Shown here piece after piece: positions 34,666 to 48,479 of a stretch of 64,000 bases of DNA; positions within the stretch are counted from its first letter, which is position 1, and every line of letters begins with the position of its first letter. The position numbers and the translations under genes are program-made. Under the pieces are notes generated by a model. That model did no database searches and was not told the DNA's origin. It saw nothing but the letters and a program-made list of their open reading frames with translations. Source of the stretch: Kudoa neothunni (taxonomy: Eukaryota > Animalia > Cnidaria). Location of the stretch: NCBI GenBank assembly GCA_964304625.1, contig OZ199840.1, positions 9,594,882-9,658,881 on the forward strand, given 5' to 3'.

Positions 34666-37600
34666 TCAGGAATTCCCAATAATACATCCATCCCCTTTTT
34701 TCACTCATTCACACCACCACCCACAATTATTTCACTATTATCATTATTATTATTATTAGTCGTAGTAGTAGTAGTAGTCTATTCATCTTCCCAACTCACT
34801 TCCATCCATCTAACTCAATCGTAGTGCTTTTAGTTCCAACTATTTCTGCTTTTAAATTATGTTGTTCGGTGTGTTTTTTCATTTAAATGTTTATGTTTTT
34901 TTTTATATCTCTAGGATCAAGTGTTATTTTAAAGTCGTTTGCTAATAATAATAATAATAATAATAATGTTGTTTTTTCCCTTAAATTAATTTGAAATTCT
35001 ATCTATCCTTAAATTAGGGGGTACAAGTAGATAATCACTTTCTCATTATTCCGCATGCGCACTTATAAATTCAATTTTTTCGATATCCTACTTTGTATAT
35101 TATTTAGATAATTATCATTTGGTTAAGATAGAAGACATTAGAAATATATATTTTATCTCTTCAATATTGTAACATTATTTAAGAATTTAAAGTCCGTGCT
35201 TGTGTTGCTACGTAACTTTTTTATTGATTTCGTAAGAAATTTAGAATTTTAAATTTATAAAGCACTTGTTATGGTTGCAAAAATCAATTCCAATGATTTG
35301 GTTGATATTGTTGGCCGAATATTTTGTGCGTAATTGTTTCAGACCTTCGATCAGATGCGATGTTTGAATATATGAGAGAATTTCGCCGAGAAAATTAATA
35401 TTATATTGTATTATTTTAAATCAAATAGTATAAAATCAGTTAATTTTGACAATATAACCTTATATTATTATTATAATATTTTATTTAGTGTGTACTTTAC
35501 GTCATATTTTTGATCGATTTAAACCAGGGATTGACCAACTACAGCCGAGAACTTTTTCATTACGATTCCCAGCAAAATGTTGTTACTCAATATTCATTAT
35601 GTATTTTGTTCCCATCGCATAAAAAATCCCTTAAATGATGTCATCCATTCGATTTGAAATAAATGAGTTTAAAACAAAAAATTATTGCTCTATTTTCGTT
35701 CTAATGATAATGATGGTATAAAAAGTGATTTTTGAATGTTGCAGTTCTTTGTCTTAAAATATTATCTCCATGCAGCCCGCGAATAATAAAGTTTGTCCAT
35801 CTCTGATTTAATCGAATTCGGTTATAAACGTGCTCGCTCAGAAAAACGATATTTCCGATAATTATTCTTATATTTATTAAAAAGTCAATATTCCAATTCC
35901 TTATATAATCCCTCATTATTTTTTAAAATTCAATTATTTTGGTTTATTTATTGCATGCTATGTGCATGATATTGATAGTTTTAATTCCCTAAAAAGTAAG
36001 GCTATTGAATTATATTATTATGTTATCTTTATCACTAACTCACCAGTTTTTGATTTAAATTGGTCATTCACTGAAAGCAAAAACGCTTATTTAAAAAACT
36101 AAGTAAAACTTGTTACTTTTCGTATTTAGTTTCTTCACAGTTTGGTTTACGTGATTTTAAATATTTCTCCAAGCACAAAGTGAATTAACATTGATATCAT
36201 TTTAATTATTTTGACCTAATTAAGGATGAATTAATACCGAATAAATTGGTTAGATCTTCAATCCCTCTCATAAGTTTAGGATTCATATGCTAAAATGAAC
36301 CTCGCATATAATCACAATCCCAACGGGGACGGGATTGAACTAAGAGTATTAGGACTAATTAATGCCCCAAAAATTGTTTAAATTAATCGAAATTTCAAGG
36401 CTGGTGGGATTTTTTGAAATTTTGTAGGAGGTTAGCTACGATTCACATTAACTATATATAAAAATTAATGATAACTGTCACGTTTCGCTGGGGGTGAAGT
36501 ACATGCCCCAACGAAAAATCTCTTAAAGTGATCATAATGCATTAATTTATTCAATTAACCCAGAAAAATACACATATAAAATGTATACAATATAATATAA
36601 ATAACGTTAATACATAATATTTATTGTAAAAAGATTAAAAGTTAAATTTGTAAGCAATAAGTGGTAAAATATAAAATATTGTTGTTAAAACATTAGTAAA
36701 ATGTTATTTCCACATAATTATTTAAGTCTTGAAAATTTAATTTAATTGATTAATTTAAATTAAATTAATCAATTTATTTTCTACAAAATTCTAATGTAAA
36801 GAATTCTGAATATATGACCATTATAAAATTTTAATTATATAATATTAAAATAAAATAATTGTAACTTGTTTAATTCAAATATATATTAACTAAAACAGTA
36901 TTGATTGATCTCAGATTTTTTAAATAGTTCATTGTCGATATACAATATGTGCTGGAGAATATTATCTATGTAAATAAAATCATTTGTTTGTCGGTCAATC
37001 TGTGTTGTTCTATGAATACACATGAAATGATCCAATCGTTATTTAAATATTAGTTTTAACGTATATATAATGGGATTATACAATTAAAAATTAAAACGAC
37101 TATTTGTATGGTAAATAATATTCAGGTGACACTAATTTTTACTACGTTTACTTATTTCTGGTTCGCCGATTCGCCCTTAGAGGCTTGAAATAATTAAATA
37201 TAATGTATTCTAAAAAATAAAATCTATGTATATCTTGTGAATAAGAGTTACTAGAATATAAAAATTATAATCGAGCATGCGTGAATGACACAGGATTAAA
37301 AATTATTCGTCCAATAGCCTCTATAATGTTTAATCCAAACACTGGTTCACTCATGCGCACTTACAAACTTGACTCTTATAGTTGACAATACTTTACTTTT
37401 TAGAATATTATATATTTTGTTATATCTAATGTACAGATAAGCGTCTAGTGGACAAATAATTGAACAAAATTTAAATCAGACCTCTTGAATACTATAATTC
37501 CTAAGAAAAGTAGTCTATTTTGAGAATATCGACTTCCAAAAACCAAATTTTCCGAGCGTACAATATATTTTATAATTAAATTCAATTTCATATCCGAAAT

Positions 37601-38919
37601 ATTGGTTTTATTTAATAAGAGAATGAATTAAATTATTTCTTCCGTGGGAATATTTTGGGAAGAATACTTATATTCACTATTGATAAATTCTTATAATTGT
37701 GGATTCCTCGTATTTCTTTAAGCCTCGTGTTAAACTTGTGATGTTTATCTTTTTATTACAATTATAGAAATGGAGAGTTTATCTACATGCGCCAATTTAA
37801 TTACTTATCTGTAATTTGAATTATAATTAGTTCCCTGCATCAAAAATGTAGTCTATGATCAGAAATAATCAATTATTATTGATTACTAAATCAAAAAAGC
37901 GCTTTAGTTCTATAAATTTAGCCTAGTTAATAAAATAAAGCTCCTACAAGCTTAATAACATCAGGATTAAATTATGAAGAGCCGAAAGCAAAACCCTCAA
38001 CGAATAATAATATTTATTCGTTAACAAAATATAAATTTCATATATCATAGAATTATAATATTTTTATAGACGTTATTGAATAGATTCATCTTTTATCTTG
38101 AAATACTGAGATTGGCAACGATGGAAATTAAGGGACCATGAGAGTTTCTGAATTATGGACTGCTAACCACTTGTCTAGACCTAGACCTAAACGTTGCAAG
38201 TAAAATTATAATTTTTCGCTATGATATTTTTAACTGATATTGTTTTTCTCCGGTTAATCTATTGAAATTAATTTCTTTATAAATGTTTTTATATTTTCTA
38301 AAATGAAAATTAATCGTTTAATCGGATTATTCCGTGGATTAAAATTAGGTGACATCAATTCTATACATTAAAAATCAAAATAAATTTTATTTAAAAAATT
38401 TTCATTTGAACAAAATGATCGATATATAAAATACATAACCAAAATTCATTAGATGTTTAAAATAAAGCTATACCTAGTTTAAATATATGTATTTATAGAC
38501 CAAAGTAAATTTTTCGAAGAATTATCGACAATGGGTTTTATTAACGCTATTATTTAATGACTAATTTAGTTTAGTTTAGTTTCTGAAAAGGTTAATGAAT
38601 TTGCAACTATATAAATTACACCCTAACGATTACTTACATGAACTTAACACAAAATATCAAAGGATTTATTTAATTTACAAACTAGATGAATATATAAGAT
38701 TTATTTACGAAAAATTCTATTAAAAAAATTAAACACAAATATTCACAGAAAATAACTTAAAAATTATTCACTATGGAATACGATTAATATCTAAAATATA
38801 AGTTGAATAAATATTTATCGAAATAATGGATAGTATGATTATTTCTTTAAAAACGATCAAGAAATAAATGATTTTAAAAATTGGAAAATAACAATAAAAG
38901 TTTTAAAAATTAGGGGAAA

Positions 38920-40004
38920 TTAAAATGACAATATCCGTTGTTTCATTGCATGGCGATGTTCAATGAATATGAGTCTAAAATTGTAAATTATAAATAATTA
39001 GTTTAATCTTACATGATAAGAATGAAAAATAATCCTAAAAGCCCCCAAAAGAGGACAATCAACGCAACCCTCAATTCTTCAAGAGAAAGGTTCATGTCTA
39101 AAACAGATTTAGAAGGTGGATGTAAAAATTATTTTTACTCTTTGGGATATCAGGATTAAATAGATGATTATCTAAAAAAATTTAAATCAATATGATTAGT
39201 TCTATAATACATTTGATCCTGCTAAGGGATCGAATTTTTCCATCTTCAGGGCTGTAAACTTGTATACAAAATTCCATACGTCTGTGATTGGGTAGAACAA
39301 ATTCGATATCATGAGTATCCAATCCATTTGATACGTAGAATCGTTGGATATGATCATGATTATTTGGTAGATCCTTATCGTAGTTTATATTGTAGATTCT
39401 ATGTCCCGCAACTGAGCATGTTAAAATTTGAGCATGGCTAGAGGGGGAAATCGATATAGGTTTTATAGAATACTTTACACGCGGCATATAATCTTTACTT
39501 TCTAAGAGATCAATGTTTTAAATATGAATTTTATACTATAAAAGAAATAAATACCGACATAAAATACTCTGGATGCAAGAATATAATTATTCGTTATAAC
39601 CCAAAGTCTATAAATTCCATGTGTGATTTCATTGATATTGATTTTCGCTTCATCACAACTTTTACATTTGAACGGTTCAATGCATTTTGCCTTGAAACCG
39701 CCAGTGTAATCCATTGTTTCATTCAATGATTTCATATTTTTCATATAATACGAACATTCGCCATGTAATATTGAGGAGGCTGAGATGATCTTTATCTGCA
39801 CAAATTTAGAGGTCATATTGTAGACGAAAATTTCTTAAAAAACATGTTTTATAAGAAATAATAAATAGAATTACGACTGAGATTAGTTCTCATTAGAAAT
39901 TCAACGGAACTCCTTAAGTTGTTTACTATTTGATCAATTAGTGAAAGTAACTCATCAAATCATATACAGAATAAAAGAGACAGTATAAATAAACTAAGAA
40001 TCAT
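38920..40004 (-). CDS. uncharacterised type I membrane protein (signal peptide, possibly Ig-like ectodomain, TM, short tail), ~7 exons
   Basis: Splices cleanly from MILSLFILSLLFL through ORFs 39502-39816 and 39182-39487 to TM VALIVLFWGLLGLFFILIILIFI and tail EHRHAMKQRILSF*. QILTCSVAG resembles an Ig B-strand. Confidence 0.7.
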
Positions 40005-40894
40005 AATCTTTATACAAGGAATTTAGTAGGATTAATGTGTGAGATAATGAATTTGCTTCGACTTAAATATAATACAAAATCCCAAAATTGATAAATAACC
40101 TGCAGGTACAAACTAGAAATTACTTTAATCCTAACTTAATATTAATTCCTAGACAATTGAGATATTTTTTGATTAAAAAAAATTATCAGAATTATCGTTA
40201 AAATGATTGTTAATGTAAAATGATGAGTACTTATGGATTTCCTTTAATTAAAGATGGTCGTTAATGCATTTGCAAGTTATAGTATTAAAACCCACTTAAT
40301 ACGAATTTCGACAATTTAAGAACACTCAAAGTTATTATTATGCAGGATAAAATTAATAAAAATGAGTTAAAAAATATTTCGTTACACAACATGGAATTTT
40401 AATTTTTTAGTTATTGACAATCAAGAATTATCAATACACTAATTCTATTATATTTATTTTTGAGATATATACTTTGGTGGAAATATATATTATTTATTTT
40501 GCTTACATTCAAGTAAGCTCTTGACTTGTATGCATACTCTAATTGGTATAGTAACTATGGGTGTTGTGATAAATGCACATGCACATGAAAGCCAATAAAT
40601 GTCTTCAGTAGTATTGATAGAATATATTTAGCAGGTATATAATGAAAAAAACATCACTTTTATGAAACAAATTGTTCTTTTTGGTATTTCATCGTGAAAT
40701 AACAACTAATGATTTAATGCGCCTGCATATAACAGATTTTTAGAGATTCGGTTATTATTAATTCTCTGATTTTTTTTATAAGCAAAATTTGTTTAAAATT
40801 TCAACATAAAAACCCTTTTAATTAATTATTTCAGTTTAGAACATGTCTTAAGAAAATGAACGAATGAATGATAATTCATAAAAAGTTATATTAA

Positions 40895-42500
40895 CCTTCC
40901 GAGCGTCGTTGGGTCCATTGGACCCCAATGGATGTTTGGAACAATTTTAGAAGACCTTATATTGCATCATTTGATTTAAGATCATATCGAATCTCCTATA
41001 AATATGATTTATATTAAAATAGAATGGAAAATTTTAATTTGTACATTTAGGTAACGAAATAATCAAAATACTTACTCATTCCTTCTTTCGGGAGCCAATG
41101 GACCCCACGTTTTTTTTCTATCAAATAACAAACAAAAATAATTTACGACGATTTTGAGAATTGAATAAAAATTTATCAAGAGGAAACAGAGAAAAATTGA
41201 AAAAACCATACATACGTTACATACTGACTATTACGGACGAGTAAAACGCTGCCATAAGTGGATCTGAGCGTAATATTTTGGATGAATTTGAATCCGATAT
41301 CAATGAATACTATGATGTATTTTGATAACTTAGATATTTATGTCATTCTAATGTTTCTGAAGATAATAAACGCATAAAAACTTTTACGAAGATAAGGATG
41401 GTGTTAATTGGTTTTCTGAGAAATTTCAAATAACTAAATGCTTTAAATGAAATATTTTTCAAAGTATCCAGGTTTAATTTCTTTTTTTCAATCGGAATCA
41501 ACTTCCTAGACGATCATTCCTCATATTTTATGGTGAATCTATTTTCTCAACTGGTGTTTCAAACATTAACACGTTTACTAATTTTAATTATCAGAATTAT
41601 TTGAAGACTTTTCAAACAAGATTTATTAGCTAATTTTGGAATCCATAATTCTATTCCCATTTTTAAATCTTAATTATAATGATTCAAATTTTTTGGGACG
41701 TTTATTACGAACAATTCAAAACCAGAGAAGCTTGAAGAATCATGGATAAGTTCTTCATCATTTGTGATATTTTTCGAAAGATTGCCGTTCCCAACTTTAT
41801 TACCCCCAGGAGAGTTTGACCATTGACGAGCAGCTATTTGCATTTAGGGGAAATTTTTCTTCGCCAATATATCGAATTAAGTATTTTCTCGTCACCAATC
41901 CCGAGATCAAGTACACTCATACCTTATTAGTGTCTATGTCTGTGTATTTGAATAAAAATAATAATGAAGCGTCAGAAAATGTTGAGGAGATATTGTTCTA
42001 GATCTTGTGTCATCATCAATGTAAAGTGGGGGAAATATCTCTACCTCTGTTTCGTTTGCCCAAAAACTCTTACACGGGGAATGACTAGAAAAATCCGAAA
42101 TAATAAAAGTGATATTATAAATTATCTAAAAATGAATTCAAAACGGGAAGTTTCAGTACACTTTTGTTTAATCGAAAACCAATACTAATCTCCTATGTTC
42201 CTTTAAAAGGTAAAGCAGGTTTACTGCTAACAACCTCTGGTTCATTACAAATGTTGAAGATACAGACTGAAAAAACCTGCTATTAACCTGGAATATAATC
42301 GTTAAAAAGGAGGAGTGGAAACAGTGGGTCGTATTATTGCTACAGCAAGTGTATAAAGTAAACGAATTGAAAATCGACAGCAGTATTTTTCATTATGTTT
42401 AGTATTAGCTTGTTTAATTCATTTTATCTTTATGACTGTTTTCTATGATCCCAAATGTTCAAGTGTTAAGTTTCTAGAGGAGCTTGAAGATGGTTTGACT
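40895..42500 (+). mobile_element. decayed piggyBac element, left end plus transposase remnant
   Basis: TTAA-CCTTCC end with GGGTCCATTGGACCC palindrome; ESLTIDEQLFAFRG (~41810-41850) and LEYNR*KGGVETVGR (~42290-42330). Confidence 0.8.
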
Positions 42501-43954
42501 CATATAACGAGTACATGTATCATGTATAATGAATCTGAAGATTCGATCGGATAGCTGTTAAATGAATTAATTGATGTTGCGCCTTAATTGAAAACCAAGA
42601 TAGCAACGATAACAACAGATATAGACCAACGCTTCATAATTTGTCTTAAGATGACGTTTGAATCTGCTTCCCTTTTGATATGTAGGTTTTATCTCTGTCA
42701 AATATTCCAACGTGAGATTAAATAAGAAACCGTCGAGTAAATTCAGAGAAAAGAAGATCTGTTCGGAACATTTTCAATGATATAATTTATAATGCAAGTA
42801 CAGATCAGTTCAATTTCCTATGAGATGAATTATACGGGAACGGAATCTCTAACCTCCATATTTATTTTTCCAAAAATAAGAACTCAACAATAAATGAATG
42901 GATCATTGTCCTAAGTTGGGCTGGAAATTTTATAACAACTGCACAAGTTATAGACTGGAATCAATAAGTGGTAAAATCAAAAATGTCGTTAAACAGTTTT
43001 TAACATTGCGAGATTCTTCATATTTTTCTTCCCTAACTTGAAATCTATGAGAATTGAAAGAACGAAATATAAAAATTTCGAATTGTTAAACTCATATGAT
43101 ACCACATTTAACAGCGGATTTCGCAAGAAATACTTTACTTATCTGCCACACTACGCATCTAATATTATTTTGGAGGAACTATCCAAAATGAATGTTATAA
43201 AAAGGTCGAAGGTGACTAGAACACCTGCTCTTGGGCTCCTCAAAAAAACAATTAAGAATAATTATATTAAAATTTGTTCTGAACACAATTTTTATTTATT
43301 ATTGATATAAAAATTTCCCGCTTATTTAATTTAACTTAATAAAACTATTATTTTAATAAATAGAGAAAATTATTTTCAAACAAAAGATCATAAAACAAGG
43401 ACATCATTAAAAAAACTTCAACCGATGAATACAAACATGGTTGCGTTAAAGAAATGAGTGCTGGTTGGACAGCCTCAATTTTTTCTACCATTTTTAGATA
43501 ATGGAAATATGTGTGAAACGTTGCCTGGTATGCATGCTCCATTTGAGTTTGTAACGTAAGATCTGGTAGATAATTTGAATTAATTAGATGAAAATATAAT
43601 TTTTATGAGTGGCTATAGATACGATGAGGTTCATTCGTAAAGGTAAGGTATACTATAAAAATAAATTGATTGGAATAACTGTTTAGAAAATAATTCGATT
43701 TTCAAGTTCTGTTTAATATTTTTACTTTTTATAATACTATCGGTAATAATAAATTAAGAAAGAATTTTTATTATCTATCTATATATTTGTATGTATAATT
43801 TGGTTTTACGGATATAAGGAAAAATCTCTATTATGTATTTCGTGGTATAGAAACTGAGTGTATAGATAACTAGAATGCAATAAATATAATTTTTAATAGT
43901 AATTATACGAACTATTAAATGGTTCATTGACGACCGGTTCACAAAATTTGGATT

Positions 43955-46039
43955 TTATAGATCGACGACGATGTTCCGGTGATAACTAAATTTATATTTG
44001 AAGTAACGAAATACCAAAGCAACAACCATAGTTCCAACCAAGATTAAAATAACGCAAAATGACATTACAAGCGAAAAATTAGTGCTGATTCTCATTTTTA
44101 AATCAATTTTATTCTTCTTGAGATAACAGATGAATCCAGGCCCCGAGGAAATAATGTCAGGAATATGAGGCATCCTAATAGTATCTCTAGCTTGTTCAAA
44201 TATTGATAAATCCCTTTAAACAATATGATATGCTAGCTTCAACGTAAGAATCTTGAAAATTTACGATGACTCAATGAATGTTGGAGTTTGTACAGGTGCA
44301 GATGAGGTGGGAATTTCGCCAATAATAGACGTAAGACCATTGATATCCGTTACAGGTTCCGACACTTGTACAGATAAAAAGGTCTCCCTTTACAAAATAT
44401 TTTTTCAACAAATTGGCTGATGTATTTACTTAGTCTCAGTTTGTTTCGTTGACATCGTAATTTCTTTAATGGTAGAGGGAAAACTATAATAATAAGTTAA
44501 ATCTTCTTTCGTTTTCGAAAAGAAAATTTGCCCCATTAATCTAATAATCCTACAATAAGATTGGTTAATAGATTTACGTTGTTTCGAAGAATCCAGAAGT
44601 TTCATGAGTTTTCACAATGGCAGAGTCAACACGGTAGAATGTTGACAACGTTTCCGTTACTTTTTCAGACAATGACAATTCCCTTGTTCAGAATATATTA
44701 TGCCCAATTATAATAGTTACTCTGATATCATTTGCTCCTCAAACCATATAGATCCAAACATTGGATCAAAAAATATTTATTCACATCCCGGATACATTAT
44801 TGAATAGGTGCTATATTGATTGTTGAGTGAACTTTACAATATAATGTATACATTTTTTCAAAATATACGGCAATATTTTCAGAAATGAACTTTGGGCTAA
44901 CAATTAAACTTACTAACATACTCATAAGAAAACATTCTTTGTTCTGCTTGAATATTTCCTAAATATTCGTTTTCAAAGGAAATATCCAAGCTATCGATAC
45001 AATTTGCGCGTAGTTTTTCTTGATCAAGCAATTTTCGTTGACAGCCTGAATAAATAACTTTTTATTTTGGATATTATCTTTAAGTTTTAAACTGCTCAGT
45101 GAATAGTATATCTGTATACAATTAGATGATTAAATAATAATTATGATGTGACTTTTAATTCTTGAAATTCATCCCCAAAAATTATATGCTCGATACTGGA
45201 GAAATTACAGTTTTCAGACGTATTGCAAAGTTGATTGTCGTAGAATACCGAATTAATCAACCTGATGCAAGTGTAAAGGTTATATTTTCCAACAAAAGTT
45301 GCTGTATATTCTTTGATCGGTCGTGACCTACAGCTATCATTTGTTTTTGTGCTAGACCATTTATAGCTGTAATCATCGATGGCACAGGGATGAGATAGTT
45401 TTTTGGTTAAGTCCGCATTTGAAGCTATTGCGTGCTATGTATATTAAAAATTTAATTTCATCGTAATATTACGTTAGTTTACTTTTATCAGTAAATAATG
45501 TGTTTCCCATAGTAGTTTAGGCGCTCTTAAACAGGTAAATTCTTTCACAATTGCGGTGTACTTTATATTATGAATGGAAAATGCTTTCACCAGCCAACTA
45601 TTATATAATTCAGGTGTATTTGTGAACGCTCCTATTACAATTCTTGAATCAGATACATAAACAAACGACTTTTTATCTAAGTACTTAAAAAATTTAAAAT
45701 ATCCTGCCAATTATAATAAAAATTACTGTTGTTTTGCAGTTATAATTATGCTTTATCAATTGTATTAACGCGATGATCTGCTCGTCAGCAATCATCTGTC
45801 CTTTGAGAATTAAATTCATATTATCCGTGGATTGTATATAGGAGGAATCAACATTTAATATCTCGCCAATTTTACCCTCACTATATCATAAATTAATAAT
45901 AACTCATGCAATCAACTGACATTGTTTTACTTAAATGAAAATGAGTAGACAATGTAAACTTCGATGTTGTATTCCATTTTTGAATTCCAGTTACAACTTT
46001 TGACAGCTAATAGTATACAGTTGTGTCGGTTTCCGTTCC
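43955..46039 (-). pseudogene. disrupted paralog (copy A) of an unassigned single-pass membrane protein family
   Basis: Same exon order and motifs as 58274-60297 (KHNY.C.TTVIF, FSIH...YTAIV.EF.CL, WETHY.LIK, IFFDPMFGSIW, TNFSL-TM). In-frame TAA at ~44777 where the paralog has TAT, and a +1 frameshift at ~45690. The first exon was not identified. Confidence 0.75.
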
Positions 46040-46590
46040 CTATGAATGGTTATAGATATATATCAACTAAAGAAAAATTTTATTCAAATTAATTAATTAA
46101 TTGATTTATTTAGTAGAGCAAATACCAAATTTTTCTTGGAAACGGGATTTTTAAATATTTGAGTAACTTTAGTAAAGATCACTCGACTGCTAAAGTAATT
46201 TTTCTGTTTATTTGAAAAATTTTGCAAAAACAATGAAATCTTTTGTTTAAATAATTTAAAATATTTTGGATTAAATTGAAAATTGCAAAAAAAATAAATT
46301 AAACGTAATGTGCGTCAAAAAGAATAAAATTAAATTTTACGAAAAATAATTTTTTTAATAAGCTTTCAGCGGGAAATAACAATTTCTTTGTAGAACGACA
46401 ATTTTTCGAATTCTGTATAAAAGCGTATTTTTTTAATATCAAATTTATTATTTTATTGAAATCGAGCTTAAATTAAAAAATATCTTTAAATATAAAATTT
46501 AAACTTGTTTTGGGTAGAAAAAGTCAAGTAATGGTTAATTACTAATTTATTCTCTTGACGGGTCTCTTTTTTAAGAATAATATCATAATC

Positions 46591-47696
46591 TAGGGATTCT
46601 CAACCATTTTTTTAAATTTATCCTCCTCAAACTTAAATGCTGAGTTCATATCTAATTTAAGATTGTATAATTATTCGATTATTATTAGTATAAATTTCTA
46701 AAAGATAAAATAGGCATACAAGAAAAGGAACAGTGCAGTAAGTAACCGATGATACGTAATCCCTTCAGGATCATCAAAAGGAGCGCGTATTAAACGTTGC
46801 AACAGATAATAATATGCCCCCGTTATGCGTATGCATGTGAGTTTATTTTGTGTTTTCTTTATTTTTCAGCATGAGTATGAAATCATTTATTTAAATAGAA
46901 TAACAAATATATATTGCTAAGATTATTTGGATTAATCAATATTTTACGATTTTTCTTTAAATCATATATATTGATAAAATATGCATTGCCTTTACATTAG
47001 GATAAAATTTGGTGAATGGCCAATTCTTAAAAATTATAAATACTATTTTATTTCATACTCATTTTTTAGCGCACTACGAAAAAGTTTACATTATATTTTT
47101 ACCCAAAAATCTTTATTTATGTGCATCTATAACATTCTTTAATTGGCAACTAACATTGTCCTGAAATAAAATTTATTCTATTTGCATTTTCAGGGAAATT
47201 ATCATTTTTTGATAGATATCTCAAAAAACTTTCTCTAATCGTTCAAATATTCAACCGAAACAATTAAACTTTTTCCCTTGTTAAAAAACCAATTTAATCT
47301 ACGTGGTTTGGCCGAAATAGTGTGTATTATCTTTAGTCACGTGATATAACAGATTGATAATTTCCTAGCTTAATTCAAAAATATTATTAAATGTTTCACC
47401 CAACATAAATTTGGAATTGGTCGTATCAATGAAAGTGTGTAGTATCGGTTGCCTACTGTAATGATTTTATGAAGAATTGTTAAATACTTACTCCTAAAAA
47501 CATTTTAATCATTTATGTCATCAGTTTAATATAGTTCAATAGCTCTAAATAATTAAACTCCTTAGATATACTTATGTACATAAAAACCGTATTATGCAAA
47601 AATTTTCCATATCAAATTTTGATGTCACTATATTTATCCGCTATCATTTAAAATTGACTTCCAGAATGTAAATTTTAGCTTGGTCGAGAACCCCTG
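46591..47696. mobile_element. probable non-autonomous hAT element
   Basis: TAGGGATTCTCAACCA ... TGGTCGAGAACCCCTG imperfect TIRs; TSD not preserved. Confidence 0.5.
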
Positions 47697-48184
47697 TACA
47701 ATTCAAAATTCAATAGTTTGGAATGGTTAATATACTGATCTTTTGTGATTTTAATGGAAACTTAATAGAAATATCGGGTTTATCGAATAAATTAAATATT
47801 TTTAATTTACTTAAAATGACGAATGACGAATAATAAGATTGGACAGAGATTTTTCAGTAGCACTCGTATATGTAGATCCCAAATTATCTATATCATAAGT
47901 TATGTCTTATTCCTGTAAAGTGTTGATACCATATTGAATTATATTTAGCCTAAAGGGAATCTAATATTGAGTTGAATATTATTTTTAAATCTCAAAGTCT
48001 TAAGTTAGGTAATAATTAGGATCGTAGGAGCTTCAATTTTATTGAAACAGTTACCTAAAACAACGAAGAACACTAATGAAATAGTTGTATCAGTTGTTAC
48101 ATAGTAATGCTTAGGTAAGTCCAAAATTTTTTTTTTTCACAATTAACTCTAAGATCAGCAAAAACGACCACTCTCCATTGACTT

Positions 48185-48222
48185 TTGGGGTCCAAAAGAT
48201 CCTAATGTACGTAGAGGGTTAA
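48185..48222 (-). mobile_element. piggyBac-type right terminus
   Basis: GGGGTCCAAAAGATCC subterminal palindrome followed by ...AGAGGG-TTAA. Confidence 0.6.
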
Positions 48223-48479
48223 CTAATTTGACAAAAAATATTTCTACAAGAAGTCATAACAGAAATTAAATTATTTAAAAGCTCTATGAACATTTTACAT
48301 TGTTTTTAGAATACTTATAGAGCCATTGAATTATTATTTTATAACAACAATGTATTATCTCATATTATGTATTTTATTGTACAAAAATTATCATTCTCTT
48401 ATTTGCCGAAAATTTATCTTTACCCCATAAAAGTAAATATATATCTTAGACATTATTATATATAACAGACTTTAAGGAA

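Noticed and set aside
46760-46780. U3 snoRNA box A-like CTTCAGGATCAT
   Set aside because: Boxes B, C and D not found; lies inside a probable hAT element.
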